This document shows, piece after piece, positions 19,949 through 30,390 of a stretch of DNA of 64,000 nucleotides; position 1 is the first letter of the stretch; each line of letters begins with the position of its first letter. A model generated the notes under the pieces. The model had not been told where the DNA came from. It did no database searches and was given only the letters and a program-made list of their open reading frames with translations. The DNA is from Nitrosopumilus sp. Lineage in GTDB: Archaea; Thermoproteota; Nitrososphaeria; Nitrososphaerales; Nitrosopumilaceae. The stretch covers positions 256,001 to 320,000 of the forward strand of contig OZ240211.1 of NCBI GenBank assembly GCA_965197525.1, in the 5' to 3' direction. A program made the translations under genes and the position numbers.

Positions 19949-21343
19949 ATGGCAGCAGGCATAGATGACATTGCAATATATATTCCCAGACTATATGTTG
20001 ACGCATCTGATTTTGCAGTTAATAGGGGTCTGGATCCTGTAAAGCTTCAAAAAGGTCTGGGCATATCCCAAATGGCAATAGTTGACGCCAATCAAGACCC
20101 TGCATGTCTTGCAGCAAACGCATGTCTTCGTATTATGCAAAAAAACAAGATATCTCCTGAAGATATTGGAAGATTGTACATCTCTACTGAATCAGCATTT
20201 GATGAGTCCAAGGCTATGAATTCTTACGTCATCGGCATGCTAGAACAAGTTTATGGTCAAGGTGCCTTTGAGCATTGTGGCGGCGTGGAGACAAAGTTTG
20301 CATGTGTGAGTGGGTCGTATGCATTATACGACAATACCAACTGGATTCGTGCAGGGGAATCAGAAGGAAAACACGCTCTTGTTGTGGTATCTGATATTGC
20401 AAAGTATGACTTGGGTTCAAGCGGTGAGATTACCCAAGGTGCAGGAGCAGTCGTCATGCTGTTAAATGACAATCCTAGACTATTATCATTTGACCCTCGG
20501 GTTACATCAACATCAATTAAAGATGAGTATGATTTTTACAGACCGTTTGGTAAAGAGACTCCCATAGTTCATGGACAATACTCTAACCTGTTATACATGA
20601 TCCAAGTAAGAAAGGCACTAGAGGCATACAAGAAAAAAGTGATATCATCAGGTCTGATACAAATCGAACCAGGTGAGACAATCCTTGATCATATGGATTA
20701 CATCAACATGCATCTCCCGTACAGTAATATGGGTAAAAAAGCACTAGCATACCTAGTCAGACACGAGTGGCGTCAGCTCCCCAGATGGAAGAGTATACTA
20801 AATGAGATAGGGATTGAAGAGCCAACACCCAAGGATCCACGTGGTACCATCGAGTCTGTACTAGGAGATGAGAAATTTATGGCACAAGATCACGAGTTCA
20901 CTAAATTATTTACGCAGACTGCAAGATACCAAGAGGTATACGAATCAAAACTTGCAAGCTCACTTGTTGCCTCAAGCATGATAGGTAACTTGTACACTGC
21001 ATCTTTGTACCTGGGATTTAGAAGTAGTTTGGAGTTTGAATACCAAAAGGGAATTGATCTTGAAGGAAAACGCGTGGGATTTGGCTCCTATGGTAGCGGT
21101 AGCAGTGCCATGGTGTTCAGCGGCGTCATTCAACCAGAGTATAGAGACATAGTAAAAAACATGAATCTAGAAGCTGAGATTGGCCCAAGAAAGAGATTGG
21201 CATGGCAAGAATACGAACAGCTACATGAGAATAAACTAACAATAAACGAGTCAATGATAGACTCTAAAAAAGAATTTGTTCTAGTAAATGTAGATACAGA
21301 TACTGCAACAAAAGGTGAGAGACGTTACATATACAATGAATGA
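19949..21343 (+). CDS. mvaS: hydroxymethylglutaryl-CoA synthase
   Basis: ETKFACVSG (catalytic Cys), TQGAGAV, HLPY, GNLYTASLY, GSYGSG. Confidence 0.95.
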   Translation: MAAGIDDIAIYIPRLYVDASDFAVNRGLDPVKLQKGLGISQMAIVDANQDPACLAANACLRIMQKNKISPEDIGRLYISTESAFDESKAMNSYVIGMLEQVYGQGAFEHCGGVETKFACVSGSYALYDNTNWIRAGESEGKHALVVVSDIAKYDLGSSGEITQGAGAVVMLLNDNPRLLSFDPRVTSTSIKDEYDFYRPFGKETPIVHGQYSNLLYMIQVRKALEAYKKKVISSGLIQIEPGETILDHMDYINMHLPYSNMGKKALAYLVRHEWRQLPRWKSILNEIGIEEPTPKDPRGTIESVLGDEKFMAQDHEFTKLFTQTARYQEVYESKLASSLVASSMIGNLYTASLYLGFRSSLEFEYQKGIDLEGKRVGFGSYGSGSSAMVFSGVIQPEYRDIVKNMNLEAEIGPRKRLAWQEYEQLHENKLTINESMIDSKKEFVLVNVDTDTATKGERRYIYNE

Positions 21344-21966
21344 TGCAACAAAAAATCATTGACGAGATAAAGAACTATCTATTTGATCATCTTGAGAATT
21401 CATCAGCCCGGATATCTGAGTTACTGCTTGATAACAAATTTGATGTTGTGATTAATGATGCAGTTGAGAATTGTTATGACAAGACAGTATCACTAGGAGG
21501 ATTGCCAGGTGTTAGTGTATTGGGTACCGGTCTATTACACTATCTACTAACTAGGGCACTGATTACCAGTCAAAGAAAGGTAACATACCGGTATGATGGG
21601 AATCATGATAATTGGAATGTCAGTAACAATCAAGATGATACATCTATTGAGAATAGCAATGAAATACTCTTGAATATCGTGATACCCGATATTAAAACGC
21701 TCAAAAAAGATCCAAAAAAATCACTAATTTTGTGTATTCCTGACACAGATGACCCTGCAGTAATTACCCCATTAACTGCCAGATTGGAGAAGATTCAGCC
21801 TCAACTGCAGAATATCTGGATGGTCTTGCCTAGTGACAACATCTCTACCAAATACAAGACATACGTACTAGACAAAAATAACAACACATTTTCAAATATA
21901 ATATTTGATATCGGTCAATTTACCAGCGTAAATCAACAAAATCAGTTTAAAATTTTAAAGATTTAG
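21340..21966 (+). CDS. hypothetical protein
   Basis: 208-aa ORF with ATGA overlap to the HMG-CoA synthase stop. Confidence 0.75.
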   Translation: MMQQKIIDEIKNYLFDHLENSSARISELLLDNKFDVVINDAVENCYDKTVSLGGLPGVSVLGTGLLHYLLTRALITSQRKVTYRYDGNHDNWNVSNNQDDTSIENSNEILLNIVIPDIKTLKKDPKKSLILCIPDTDDPAVITPLTARLEKIQPQLQNIWMVLPSDNISTKYKTYVLDKNNNTFSNIIFDIGQFTSVNQQNQFKILKI

Positions 21967-22138
21967 GTTCAAATCGACAAGCGGTTTTGATATTTGCTAA
22001 AGTTTGATCGTCCCCTCATCATCAGTAACACTCAATACTATTCCAAATATCTCAAAACACACATTAAAAATTTCTTGGAAGTTCATATACAAAACCCGAT
22101 TACTTATTAACTACCAAATAACAACATCAATGAATTAG

Positions 22139-23578
22139 TTGTCTAAATCATTATTAATGCTCCAAGCCCTATCATTGATAGCAGTTCTAATGCTTGTGGC
22201 CAATGCCAGTCTGACATATGCACAGGAGGAGGAGGATGATGCCAATAACGAATATTTGCCTCCGCTCCGACAACATGTAGACGGACTCACAGTTGATGCA
22301 ATACAATGCAATGCTCCAATGGAGTTATACCTAAGAGATTCTCAGACCCCTGTATGCATTACTCCTTCTGCATTTGAAGCTCTCATAGAACGCAACATAA
22401 ATCTGATTTTGCATAAATCATACGCTCATACTATATACACAATTGTTGATACAAGAGAATCCGTGGTTCAGCGCACAGTTGATGAGACCCTCAACATGTA
22501 CAACTCTGACAAAGATAACGCATTTGCAAACATTAATGACATATCTGCAAATCTCATTTCACATTACCCATTTGTCTTGGATCCTACAACCAAAAAAGTG
22601 GTAGCACATGGCGAGAATCCAAATAGGGTTGGTGTATCGTCCCTTATTCTAGGAAGCTATGCGGATAAACCGGCTGATCAAATAATGGAAAAACTACAAA
22701 GTGATGGGGAAGTATGGGTAGACTATGTATTCATTGATCCCTTAACTGGAGAGGACGGCCTCAAACGTTCTTGGCTCGTACTACATGACGGATACATCTT
22801 TGGCTCAGGATTCTACTATTCAGCAGAGGAGAAACTAGTTAATGTGATTGATAATGCCATCAAACTATACCAAGAGGATGGAACATTTGATAGAATCAAC
22901 GCACAGCAAGTAGAACCGAACTCACATTATCCGTTTGTTATTGATCCAGTTACCAATAACTCACCTGCACACGGGGCATTTCCTGATATTAGCGAGTCGG
23001 CAATAGACACGGATATAACATTTCAGGATATTGCAGATAGCATACAAGATGATGATGATAATGGTATAGTTCACTGGTATATCCCATTTAAAAATCCCAC
23101 AAATGATAAAGTCAACCTAAAACACGTCATCTTCAAATTGTATGATGATTATCTCTTTGGCGCAGGCTATTATTATTCAGGTGACGAAAAGGTCAAGAGT
23201 ATAGTAGAAAATACCATTGAGATGTATAAATCCGACAGGGCAAGCTTGGTTATCGATATCAACTCGCAGTCATCGGATCTTATTACCCCTCATTATCCGT
23301 TTATCATAGACCCTCACACCAAAACAATAGTGGCAAATGGAGGATTTCCAGAAGTTGTAGGAAGCACATCATTGCTATTTGGGGACCATGCAAATAAAAC
23401 ACCTAATGAAATAATAGCCGAGTTGTATGCTGACAAGGGTGTTTGGGTAGAATACGTGTATAACGTCCCTGGGACAGATTTTGAAGAAATAAAACGATCC
23501 TATCTAAAATTATCTGATGGATACATATTTGGTTCAGGATATTATTTTTCATCGTTTACTGTTGTTCCTAACCGATAA
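22139..23578 (+). CDS. secreted protein with three Cache-like ligand-binding domains
   Basis: Signal peptide; three repeats of HYPFV.DP...AHG...WV.Y...P...KRS...DGYIFGSG(F/Y)Y, the single-Cache pattern; no TM anchor or output domain. Confidence 0.8.
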   Translation: MSKSLLMLQALSLIAVLMLVANASLTYAQEEEDDANNEYLPPLRQHVDGLTVDAIQCNAPMELYLRDSQTPVCITPSAFEALIERNINLILHKSYAHTIYTIVDTRESVVQRTVDETLNMYNSDKDNAFANINDISANLISHYPFVLDPTTKKVVAHGENPNRVGVSSLILGSYADKPADQIMEKLQSDGEVWVDYVFIDPLTGEDGLKRSWLVLHDGYIFGSGFYYSAEEKLVNVIDNAIKLYQEDGTFDRINAQQVEPNSHYPFVIDPVTNNSPAHGAFPDISESAIDTDITFQDIADSIQDDDDNGIVHWYIPFKNPTNDKVNLKHVIFKLYDDYLFGAGYYYSGDEKVKSIVENTIEMYKSDRASLVIDINSQSSDLITPHYPFIIDPHTKTIVANGGFPEVVGSTSLLFGDHANKTPNEIIAELYADKGVWVEYVYNVPGTDFEEIKRSYLKLSDGYIFGSGYYFSSFTVVPNR

Positions 23579-23625
23579 GATATTTTGACTAGTGTGGATG
23601 ACGGCGTGGTATGATTGACAGTTCT

Positions 23626-24417
23626 TTAGCAAAGTAACAATTTAAAATCAATATTTTTTTTAAACAGGTCATACATGAAATCGTCATTACGAGTACGATG
23701 GGTACTCGTGCTCTGATTGTCTTGATTGCTATCACTGTATTTTTTATTATCATAACGGTTATCCACGTTAGCATCCTCGTTTAATCGATCGTAATGCTCA
23801 ATGAATGGAATTACACCTAACACCGTCACATCAAGCAGATTTGTTAAATCTCGTTTAACTTCATCTACATTGTAGGGACCAGAATCAAGATCATTAATGA
23901 TTACACCTTTGACTGGAATGCCGTATCTTTCACATGTCTTTACTGACATTATAGTATGGTTAAAAGAACCTACCCGGGTTGTCGTAACGATGACTGCAGG
24001 CAATCTAAAATCCTTGATTAAATCAGCAATATAGTAGTCGTCAAGAATCGGCGTCATGATGCCCCCTATCCCCTCGACGAGAAGCATCTTGTGTAGCTTG
24101 GATAACTGTCTATATCGGTCTAGTATCAGAGATATATTGGGTTTTATCTTTAATGTCTTCCAAGCAGTGTATGGGGATGCAGGCATTGGAAAAAATTGTG
24201 GATTTACCAGTTCTTCAGAGTCACTAACGCGTGCTGCATTGCAGATTATCTGCACATCTTTTGACTTGAATCCTCTATTTTCAGGTGCAATGGTGCCTGC
24301 AGCAAACGGTTTCATGACCCCTACATCTACTCCCATTTTATGCAAGGATGATGCCAAACCTGCAGTAATGACAGTTTTCCCGATGTCAGTATCAATTCCG
24401 GTAACAAATAATGACAT
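23626..24417 (-). CDS. bioD: dethiobiotin synthase
   Basis: FVTGIDTDIGKT, KPFAAG, VEGIGG. Confidence 0.95.
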   Translation of the reverse strand: MSLFVTGIDTDIGKTVITAGLASSLHKMGVDVGVMKPFAAGTIAPENRGFKSKDVQIICNAARVSDSEELVNPQFFPMPASPYTAWKTLKIKPNISLILDRYRQLSKLHKMLLVEGIGGIMTPILDDYYIADLIKDFRLPAVIVTTTRVGSFNHTIMSVKTCERYGIPVKGVIINDLDSGPYNVDEVKRDLTNLLDVTVLGVIPFIEHYDRLNEDANVDNRYDNKKYSDSNQDNQSTSTHRTRNDDFMYDLFKKNIDFKLLLC

Positions 24418-24526
24418 GGTACAAGATATAATGTTGGAATTTATTAGTTGATTGATTTGTTAGCCATGTTATATCATAACCCATCTGACATGTTGATTGA
24501 ATTGGACTAGACGTATTCGAAGATCA

Positions 24527-25172
24527 TTACAAATCATGCATGATATCGTCTTCTTTTTGTATTTTTGAGCTGGACATTTCAGGCATTGGCGATGACAGCC
24601 TCACTACCTGCACGTCAAGCCCTATTTTACTAAGCAAAATCACACAGATGGGTGTCTGTGTTGCATGTAATTAGGAAACATCCCTCCTTGATGTATTCTT
24701 CGTGGTGTGTTTGGTCGTATCCGAGCGCTATTATGTCGGGTTTGACGTTCATAACGGTACGAAAGATGTCTTTTTGTCCAACTAGACATACGTCTACCAT
24801 CCCAAGTGTGTTTGTAAGATTTTGACGTTCCTCTGCTGAATGACACGGTGTCTTTTTTTTCATACGCATGGCAGTATCATCTGTTGCGACTACTACCACA
24901 AGTACATCTCCTAGCTCCTTGGCTGTATTAAGAGTATATACATGTCCAGGATGAATGATATCAAACACACCTCCAGCTAGCACTACTTTGATTGATTTTC
25001 GTCCAGTTTTTGTAAGGGTTGTACCAGTTATCATTTTTTTCTGTGTCAGTCTGTCCAAACGTATACTTATTTCAGATGGAAGAAACATCTTGGACATTGT
25101 GTCGACAGGATCATCTCCGTTTATACTACATGTGTATAAAACGGTTAATGTATGTTTGTCGATTTGCTCCAA
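24527..25172 (-). pseudogene. ribL: FAD synthase / cytidylyltransferase (RibL-like) interrupted by a 46-bp insertion
   Basis: GGVFDIIHPGH and KPDIIALGYDQ motifs. The ORF stops at 24630 inside an insertion; the natural-looking tail KIGLDVQVVRLSSPMPEMSSSKIQKEDDIMHDL* continues in another frame to 24527. Confidence 0.8.
24632..24677 (-). other. 46-bp hairpin-forming insertion inside ribL
   Basis: Minus-strand ttcctaattacatgcaacacagacacccatctgtgtgattttgctt contains an ACACAGA/TCTGTGT stem; its 5' part also pairs with the downstream coding sequence GTAAAATAGGG. Confidence 0.75.
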
Positions 25173-25760
25173 GATGAATTAAAATACAGCACATGGTATT
25201 TATATTATTTGTGAAAAGAAGCATATTGTTTCAATTAGTGGAACGGTATTAGCGTTTGCGTCTAGGGCAGAAGATCCAAAAAAATTCAAAGCATATACAA
25301 TTTTATTATTCCTATCAAACAAAATTAAAAACATCCAAGTATATTTATGAAAGAATAATATCTATGAAAAACTAATTGGGATGAGTTTTTGACGCCGTGA
25401 TAATATAGTAGTATCACTATCCATTGCAGTTTCACAATAATTATACAAACCTTCATGTTCGCACTGTTTTATTGCCACGATATTGATGAGAACAGCAATC
25501 TGGTTGATTATGTGACAAATACCAACAGAGGACGATGCTTGTATAGCACGGTCTTCTTTGCGATTATTGCATTCTGCTTGTGTACTCTCATTTATCATAC
25601 AAGGAATGGCAGCTACAAATACTGTTGATTAGTTATATCATTATTAGTAATTTTAGCCTAGAATCATCATCAAACCAAATACGAATAGGTCCAATCAGCC
25701 ATTAACAATCAACTGCAATACCGGCAATTCCTTTTTAACTAGGGATAGAGCAATAACTAT

Positions 25761-25865
25761 ATGAATACTAGATTTGTAATTGTAGGAGTGGTGTTAGGCA
25801 TTATAGTCACACTTGCAGTGATCGTTGGCTCACCAGCAATTGGTGGTTTTGATGCGCTACGTTAG
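25761..25865 (+). CDS. small membrane protein (34 aa, not in ORF track)
   Basis: MNTRFVIVGVVLGIIVTLAVIVGSPAIGGFDALR; a single TM helix; stop overlaps the bioF stop. Confidence 0.6.
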   Translation: MNTRFVIVGVVLGIIVTLAVIVGSPAIGGFDALR

Positions 25866-27121
25866 TAGTTGTAGAATTTTTTATATCCTCTTTGAAAAAT
25901 ATCAAGTACTTTTTCAATATCTGTATCATTTAACCACGCAGTGACTGAAATTCGTAATCTTGCTTGGTTCTGAGGGACGGTAGGGTATCTTATTGGCTGT
26001 ACAAACACCCCATTTTTTAGTAAAAATTCACTAAACCCCAACGCTTTTTTCTCATCCTTTACGACGATTGGGATTATATGCGTGTTAGAATGTATCTCGT
26101 ATCCTATCTCACGTAGTCTGTGAATAATTTTTTGCGTATTCTTTTCTAATCTCTTTCGTTGTCTTTCCCTGCTTGCAGACATGATCTTCTTTTGTGCATA
26201 TTCTACTAAAACAGAGTGACTGAAATTCTTCTTTTGTGCATATTCTACTAAAACAGAGGGTAACGCTGATGTATAGATAAATGATTTTGATTTATTGATA
26301 CAGTAATCCACAACATTGTTTTGTGATGCAATATACCCGCCAAACGATCCCAACCCTTTGCTCAGACTACTAGTGTATATGTCAATACTCTTTGCAACTC
26401 TTAGGTGATCGGGAGTTCCACGTCCATCCCGTCCAATCACAAAGTCACCATGGGCATCATCAACTATGGTGATTGCATCTTCTTTCTGGGCTAATTCTGT
26501 AATCCCGTCAAGCGGCGCAATATCTCCATCCATACTAAATATGCCTTCAGTAATTACAAACTTTTTACCTGTACATTGCTTTTTCAACTTTTTGTTTAGA
26601 TCGTCTGTATCATTGTGTTTGTAGATTACGATACGAGCGCCTGTCAGCTTGCACGACTCTATGATACTGGCATGGTTTAATTCGTCACTAAATACGGTGT
26701 CTTTCTTATCTATTACTGTAGATATTACCCCAATATTTGCCATATATCCTGTCGGATAAATCAGACTACCCTCGTGTGATTTGTGTTTTGCAAGCGTGCG
26801 TTCTAATTTTTTAAAAGACTCGTCGTTTCCTGAAACGAGTCTGGAGCTTGACTGTATCTGTCGGAATAGTGTTTTATCATTAGCATATGAGGATGACAAG
26901 AATGGTACAGAGATACCCAAATAATCATTTGAGCATAGATTAATCAATGTCTTGTCATTGATTTTAATCTGCGATCCAACAGAAATCCCGTAACGTAACT
27001 TTCTATACAAATTATCATGGTATAGTTTGTGTAACTCTGCATCAATAAAGCTAAATTTATCGTTGTTGCTAGTATTCTTATTCTTATTACTACTATTGCT
27101 GTTGTTAGGACTGACGGCCAA
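25862..27121 (-). CDS. bioF: 8-amino-7-oxononanoate synthase
   Basis: NLCSNDYLG, SDELNHASII, EGIFSMDG, DDAHG, SSLSKGLG (PLP Lys). Confidence 0.95.
   Translation of the reverse strand: MAVSPNNSNSSNKNKNTSNNDKFSFIDAELHKLYHDNLYRKLRYGISVGSQIKINDKTLINLCSNDYLGISVPFLSSSYANDKTLFRQIQSSSRLVSGNDESFKKLERTLAKHKSHEGSLIYPTGYMANIGVISTVIDKKDTVFSDELNHASIIESCKLTGARIVIYKHNDTDDLNKKLKKQCTGKKFVITEGIFSMDGDIAPLDGITELAQKEDAITIVDDAHGDFVIGRDGRGTPDHLRVAKSIDIYTSSLSKGLGSFGGYIASQNNVVDYCINKSKSFIYTSALPSVLVEYAQKKNFSHSVLVEYAQKKIMSASRERQRKRLEKNTQKIIHRLREIGYEIHSNTHIIPIVVKDEKKALGFSEFLLKNGVFVQPIRYPTVPQNQARLRISVTAWLNDTDIEKVLDIFQRGYKKFYNY
26185..26258. repeat. 32-bp direct repeat with 10-bp spacer (in-frame 42-bp insertion) inside bioF
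   Basis: tcttcttttgtgcatattctactaaaacagag at 26185-26216 and 26227-26258; protein SVLVEYAQKK-NFSH-SVLVEYAQKK. Confidence 0.95.
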
Positions 27122-28085
27122 TTTCTTTTATCAATTCTATATCGCTTTTTGCATCATTTCCGCCCGTGGTAAGATACCCCTCAGTAATTATCCCATTTGC
27201 TCCACTTTGTAATAGCTGCTGACCTGAATCTTTTAATTTTGATTCTCGTCCTCCTGAAATTTTAATCACCGATTCAGGTAACAGAAATCGTAGTACGGAG
27301 AACATCCTCTGAATCTCCGATTCTTCCAAATCTGTTTGCAGTTCTAGTGGCGTACCAGGTATCGGTACAAGAATATTTACTGTGACTTCTTCTGGATGTA
27401 ATCTTGCTAGTTCTAATGACAGCTCTAATCTTTGTTTGCGGGTCTCGCCCAATCCTACTATTCCACCTGTGCATAACTCCAGTCCTGCTTGCCTTGCAAT
27501 ATACAAAGTATCTAATCTATCTTGATATGTATGAGTCGTACAAATTTCAGAAAACTTTGATTTTGCAGTCTCTAGATTATGGTTGTATCTTTTTACCTTT
27601 AGCTCTTTTAACGTTCTTGCTTGGTTTTGTGTAAGAAAACCTAGACTGCATTCTACAGTTATGCCTACTTTGGTGTTTATCTGTTGGATTATCTGACACA
27701 CTTTCTTAAAATCATCATCAGAGGGTTGTCGCCATGCAGCAACAAGACAGTATGATTCTGCACCATCGTCTTTTGCCTTTTGTGCTTTGGTAACTATCTG
27801 TTGAGGGGATGGCAGTTGAAAAGTATCAATTCCCGTATCAAAAAAGGCTGATTGTCCACAAAACATGCAATCCTCACTGCATGCATTTTTTTTAATGTTG
27901 TTTAATTGCTCCACATCCACCTTGTCGCCATTAAATCCACGGGTAATCTCATCAGCACAATGTGCCAAAAATTCCAAGTCCTCGTTTGTAGTATCAAATA
28001 ATCTTTGAGCGTCATCTGCAGTTATTACAATACCTGCAAACACCTTCTCCTGACACTCTGCAATGAATTCTTGTTGCCGACTCAT
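27105..28085 (-). CDS. bioB: biotin synthase
   Basis: Radical SAM CSEDCMFCGQS, YNHNLET, ISGGRE. Confidence 0.97.
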   Translation of the reverse strand: MSRQQEFIAECQEKVFAGIVITADDAQRLFDTTNEDLEFLAHCADEITRGFNGDKVDVEQLNNIKKNACSEDCMFCGQSAFFDTGIDTFQLPSPQQIVTKAQKAKDDGAESYCLVAAWRQPSDDDFKKVCQIIQQINTKVGITVECSLGFLTQNQARTLKELKVKRYNHNLETAKSKFSEICTTHTYQDRLDTLYIARQAGLELCTGGIVGLGETRKQRLELSLELARLHPEEVTVNILVPIPGTPLELQTDLEESEIQRMFSVLRFLLPESVIKISGGRESKLKDSGQQLLQSGANGIITEGYLTTGGNDAKSDIELIKEIGRQS

Positions 28086-28135
28086 ATGATATGCTGGTAC
28101 ATTCCATTAATAACAATACTGAAAATTAGTACTCG

Positions 28136-29461
28136 TCAAATACCAACATCGATTTTTGAGCTTGCAGATTTTATGGTCTGGACAGTCCTTTGCAGCAATA
28201 GATATAGCTCGTCTTGGGTTATTGCCAAAGGAGGCACCAACATTACAATATTTCCCAGTGTTCGCAGATAGATTCCGTGTTTTTTACCTTCTTTGTAGAA
28301 TACGCGATTAATCGACAAGTCTTGCGAGCGTATCGGAGTCTTTTTATTTTTGTCGCAGACTAGTTCAATTCCCATAAGCATTCCCTTGTGCCTAATATCG
28401 CCTACAACATCTATCTTGTATAATTCGTCGTAGAACTGTTCAAAAATCTTACTCGTCTTTTGAATCTCCTCTATCAATCTATTCTGTTTGTACATCAAAA
28501 GATTCTCGTTTGCAACAGCTGCTGCAATCGGATTTCCAGTATAGGTATGACCATGAAACAGATGCTTAAAGTCATCATACTTGCCTAAAAAAGACTCGTA
28601 AACTTTTTTGTTAGCAAGTGTTGCGGCCATAGTTAGATACCCACCAGTTAACATCTTTCCATACGCTACAATATCGGGCGTACTCTGCTGTTCTACATAC
28701 TGTACCATAGATCCCATCCTTCCAAACCCTGTTGCAATCTCATCTAGGACAAATAGAACATCATACTTTTTGCATAATTTGTGTATATTCTTTTGAAATG
28801 CCGGCAGATAGATTATCACCCCTCCTGCAACCTGGGCTCCGCTCTCCATTACAAATGCCGCAACAGTATTTTTTGCAAATCTTTTTTCAATCTTCTCAAG
28901 ACAGTAACTCTGATAATCCTCCACACTCAAACTTTTTGGTATACGATATATGCTAGGGACGGGAAACTGTCTAGTTGAAAATAGCTGCTTTTTAAAATTT
29001 CCGAAAAACTCTGGCACATACCCCACAGACATTGCACCAAACGTATCACCATGATATCCATTTTGCAGGGTTGCAATCTCTGTCTTTTCTTTATCGCCTA
29101 TATTTATCCAATATTGCAATGACATCTTGATTGCAATCTCCATTGCAGACGAACCGTTATCAGAGTAAAACACCTTGTGCATTCCTGGTGACAGTTTTAC
29201 TAGAGAATTAGCCAATTTTTCTGCTGGTTCGTGTGTTATATTGAATAGAGAGGTGTGCTGCAACCTCTTACTTTGTTGCGTCATTGCCTTGAGCAATCTG
29301 GGATTTGAATGTCCCCAAACATTGCACCACATTGATGCAACAGCATCTATCATGGTATTGCCGTGAGAGTCAGTCAACCATACCCCATTACTGTTTGTAA
29401 TCTTATCAAACTTTGACCACTCACTCATCTGAGTGTTTGGATGCCAGATGGAACTTTTCAA
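28136..29461 (-). CDS. bioA: adenosylmethionine-8-amino-7-oxononanoate aminotransferase
   Basis: WHPNTQM, ASMWCNVWGH, YHGDT, DEIATGFGR, GKMLTGG. Confidence 0.96.
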   Translation of the reverse strand: MKSSIWHPNTQMSEWSKFDKITNSNGVWLTDSHGNTMIDAVASMWCNVWGHSNPRLLKAMTQQSKRLQHTSLFNITHEPAEKLANSLVKLSPGMHKVFYSDNGSSAMEIAIKMSLQYWINIGDKEKTEIATLQNGYHGDTFGAMSVGYVPEFFGNFKKQLFSTRQFPVPSIYRIPKSLSVEDYQSYCLEKIEKRFAKNTVAAFVMESGAQVAGGVIIYLPAFQKNIHKLCKKYDVLFVLDEIATGFGRMGSMVQYVEQQSTPDIVAYGKMLTGGYLTMAATLANKKVYESFLGKYDDFKHLFHGHTYTGNPIAAAVANENLLMYKQNRLIEEIQKTSKIFEQFYDELYKIDVVGDIRHKGMLMGIELVCDKNKKTPIRSQDLSINRVFYKEGKKHGIYLRTLGNIVMLVPPLAITQDELYLLLQRTVQTIKSASSKIDVGI

Positions 29462-29702
29462 CGAATTTTGTATGTTTTTGAATCTTAATAATTAATTGAT
29501 CATATGTCTAGTCGTGGGATTATATATGGCAACGTGCATAAGTTTCTGTACACGATATTTTAGGATCATCATAGGCATAATGCCTATTGTCTGGGGAATA
29601 TCTTGTATGCCTTTTGTTATCTATCACAATTGATTTTCAATCTAATTTTATCTAATTCATGTTAATTGTTTTTTACATATTAAATAATACTTTCATAACA
29701 TA

Positions 29703-30239
29703 TCAGTTAAAATAAATATTGTTCAGATCCATCAGAAATGCATCTGATTCTCGATCATTCTTAAAATTCGGATAATATTTGAATTTATTAGATAAATAAA
29801 AATCTCTAACACCTTGATCATCTAATGGATTCAATAAAATATATCTACATCCTACTAATGATTCGATTTGTGGAACTATGGCAAAAACATAATTCAGAAG
29901 CATTGTTCCAATACCACGTCGTTGAAAATCTTTGTGAACAGATAAATGACTAATTAACAGGGCAGGAATATTTCCATTAATTTCTTTTTCTTTGATCACC
30001 ACAGTTGCAGTTGGTCTTATATGCGCCATTGCAAGTGTCATAAATCCAATTGTCTTATCATCTAGTCTGAATTCGTATAGTCGAACTAGCTTATGCTGTA
30101 CGTCAAACACGGATTGAATATGGTAATATTCTGTAAATTCATTAATGCTGGATTCAAATTTTTTATCTCGTTGTTCCGTCTCTATTTTAACAATTCTATA
30201 ATTAGAATTCCCGGGATCAAATTTAACAGTCATTTCCAA
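29703..30239 (-). CDS. GNAT acetyltransferase, toxin-like (TacT/AtaT type)
   Basis: PALLISHLSVHKDFQRRGIGTMLL acetyl-CoA motif; GCRYILL, DFYLSNKF. Real start may be ATG 30233. Confidence 0.85.
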   Translation of the reverse strand: MEMTVKFDPGNSNYRIVKIETEQRDKKFESSINEFTEYYHIQSVFDVQHKLVRLYEFRLDDKTIGFMTLAMAHIRPTATVVIKEKEINGNIPALLISHLSVHKDFQRRGIGTMLLNYVFAIVPQIESLVGCRYILLNPLDDQGVRDFYLSNKFKYYPNFKNDRESDAFLMDLNNIYFN

Positions 30240-30243
30240 AAAA

Positions 30244-30390
30244 CTAAAATTTTGGGTGCGGAACTAGTTTAATGTTTTCACGACCATTTTGCAATATTTT
30301 CATCTGCTCCTCTGTTTGACCTTGCTTCATTTCTTTTTGTAATTGAGCCCATTGTTTTGCATCAAATGGTTTGACTTCTCTAACTGCCAT
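30244..30390 (-). CDS. putative antitoxin upstream of the GNAT gene (48 aa, not in ORF track)
   Basis: MAVREVKPFDAKQWAQLQKEMKQGQTEEQMKILQNGRENIKLVPHPKF; stop 4 nt before the GNAT TTG; TTTATAA box ~25 nt upstream of the ATG. Confidence 0.65.
   Translation of the reverse strand: MAVREVKPFDAKQWAQLQKEMKQGQTEEQMKILQNGRENIKLVPHPKF

Noticed and set aside
24600-24700. A strict canonical bulge-helix-bulge intron call
   Set aside because: The helices flanking the 4-bp core are offset, giving internal loops instead of clean 3-nt bulges, so it is reported only as a candidate.
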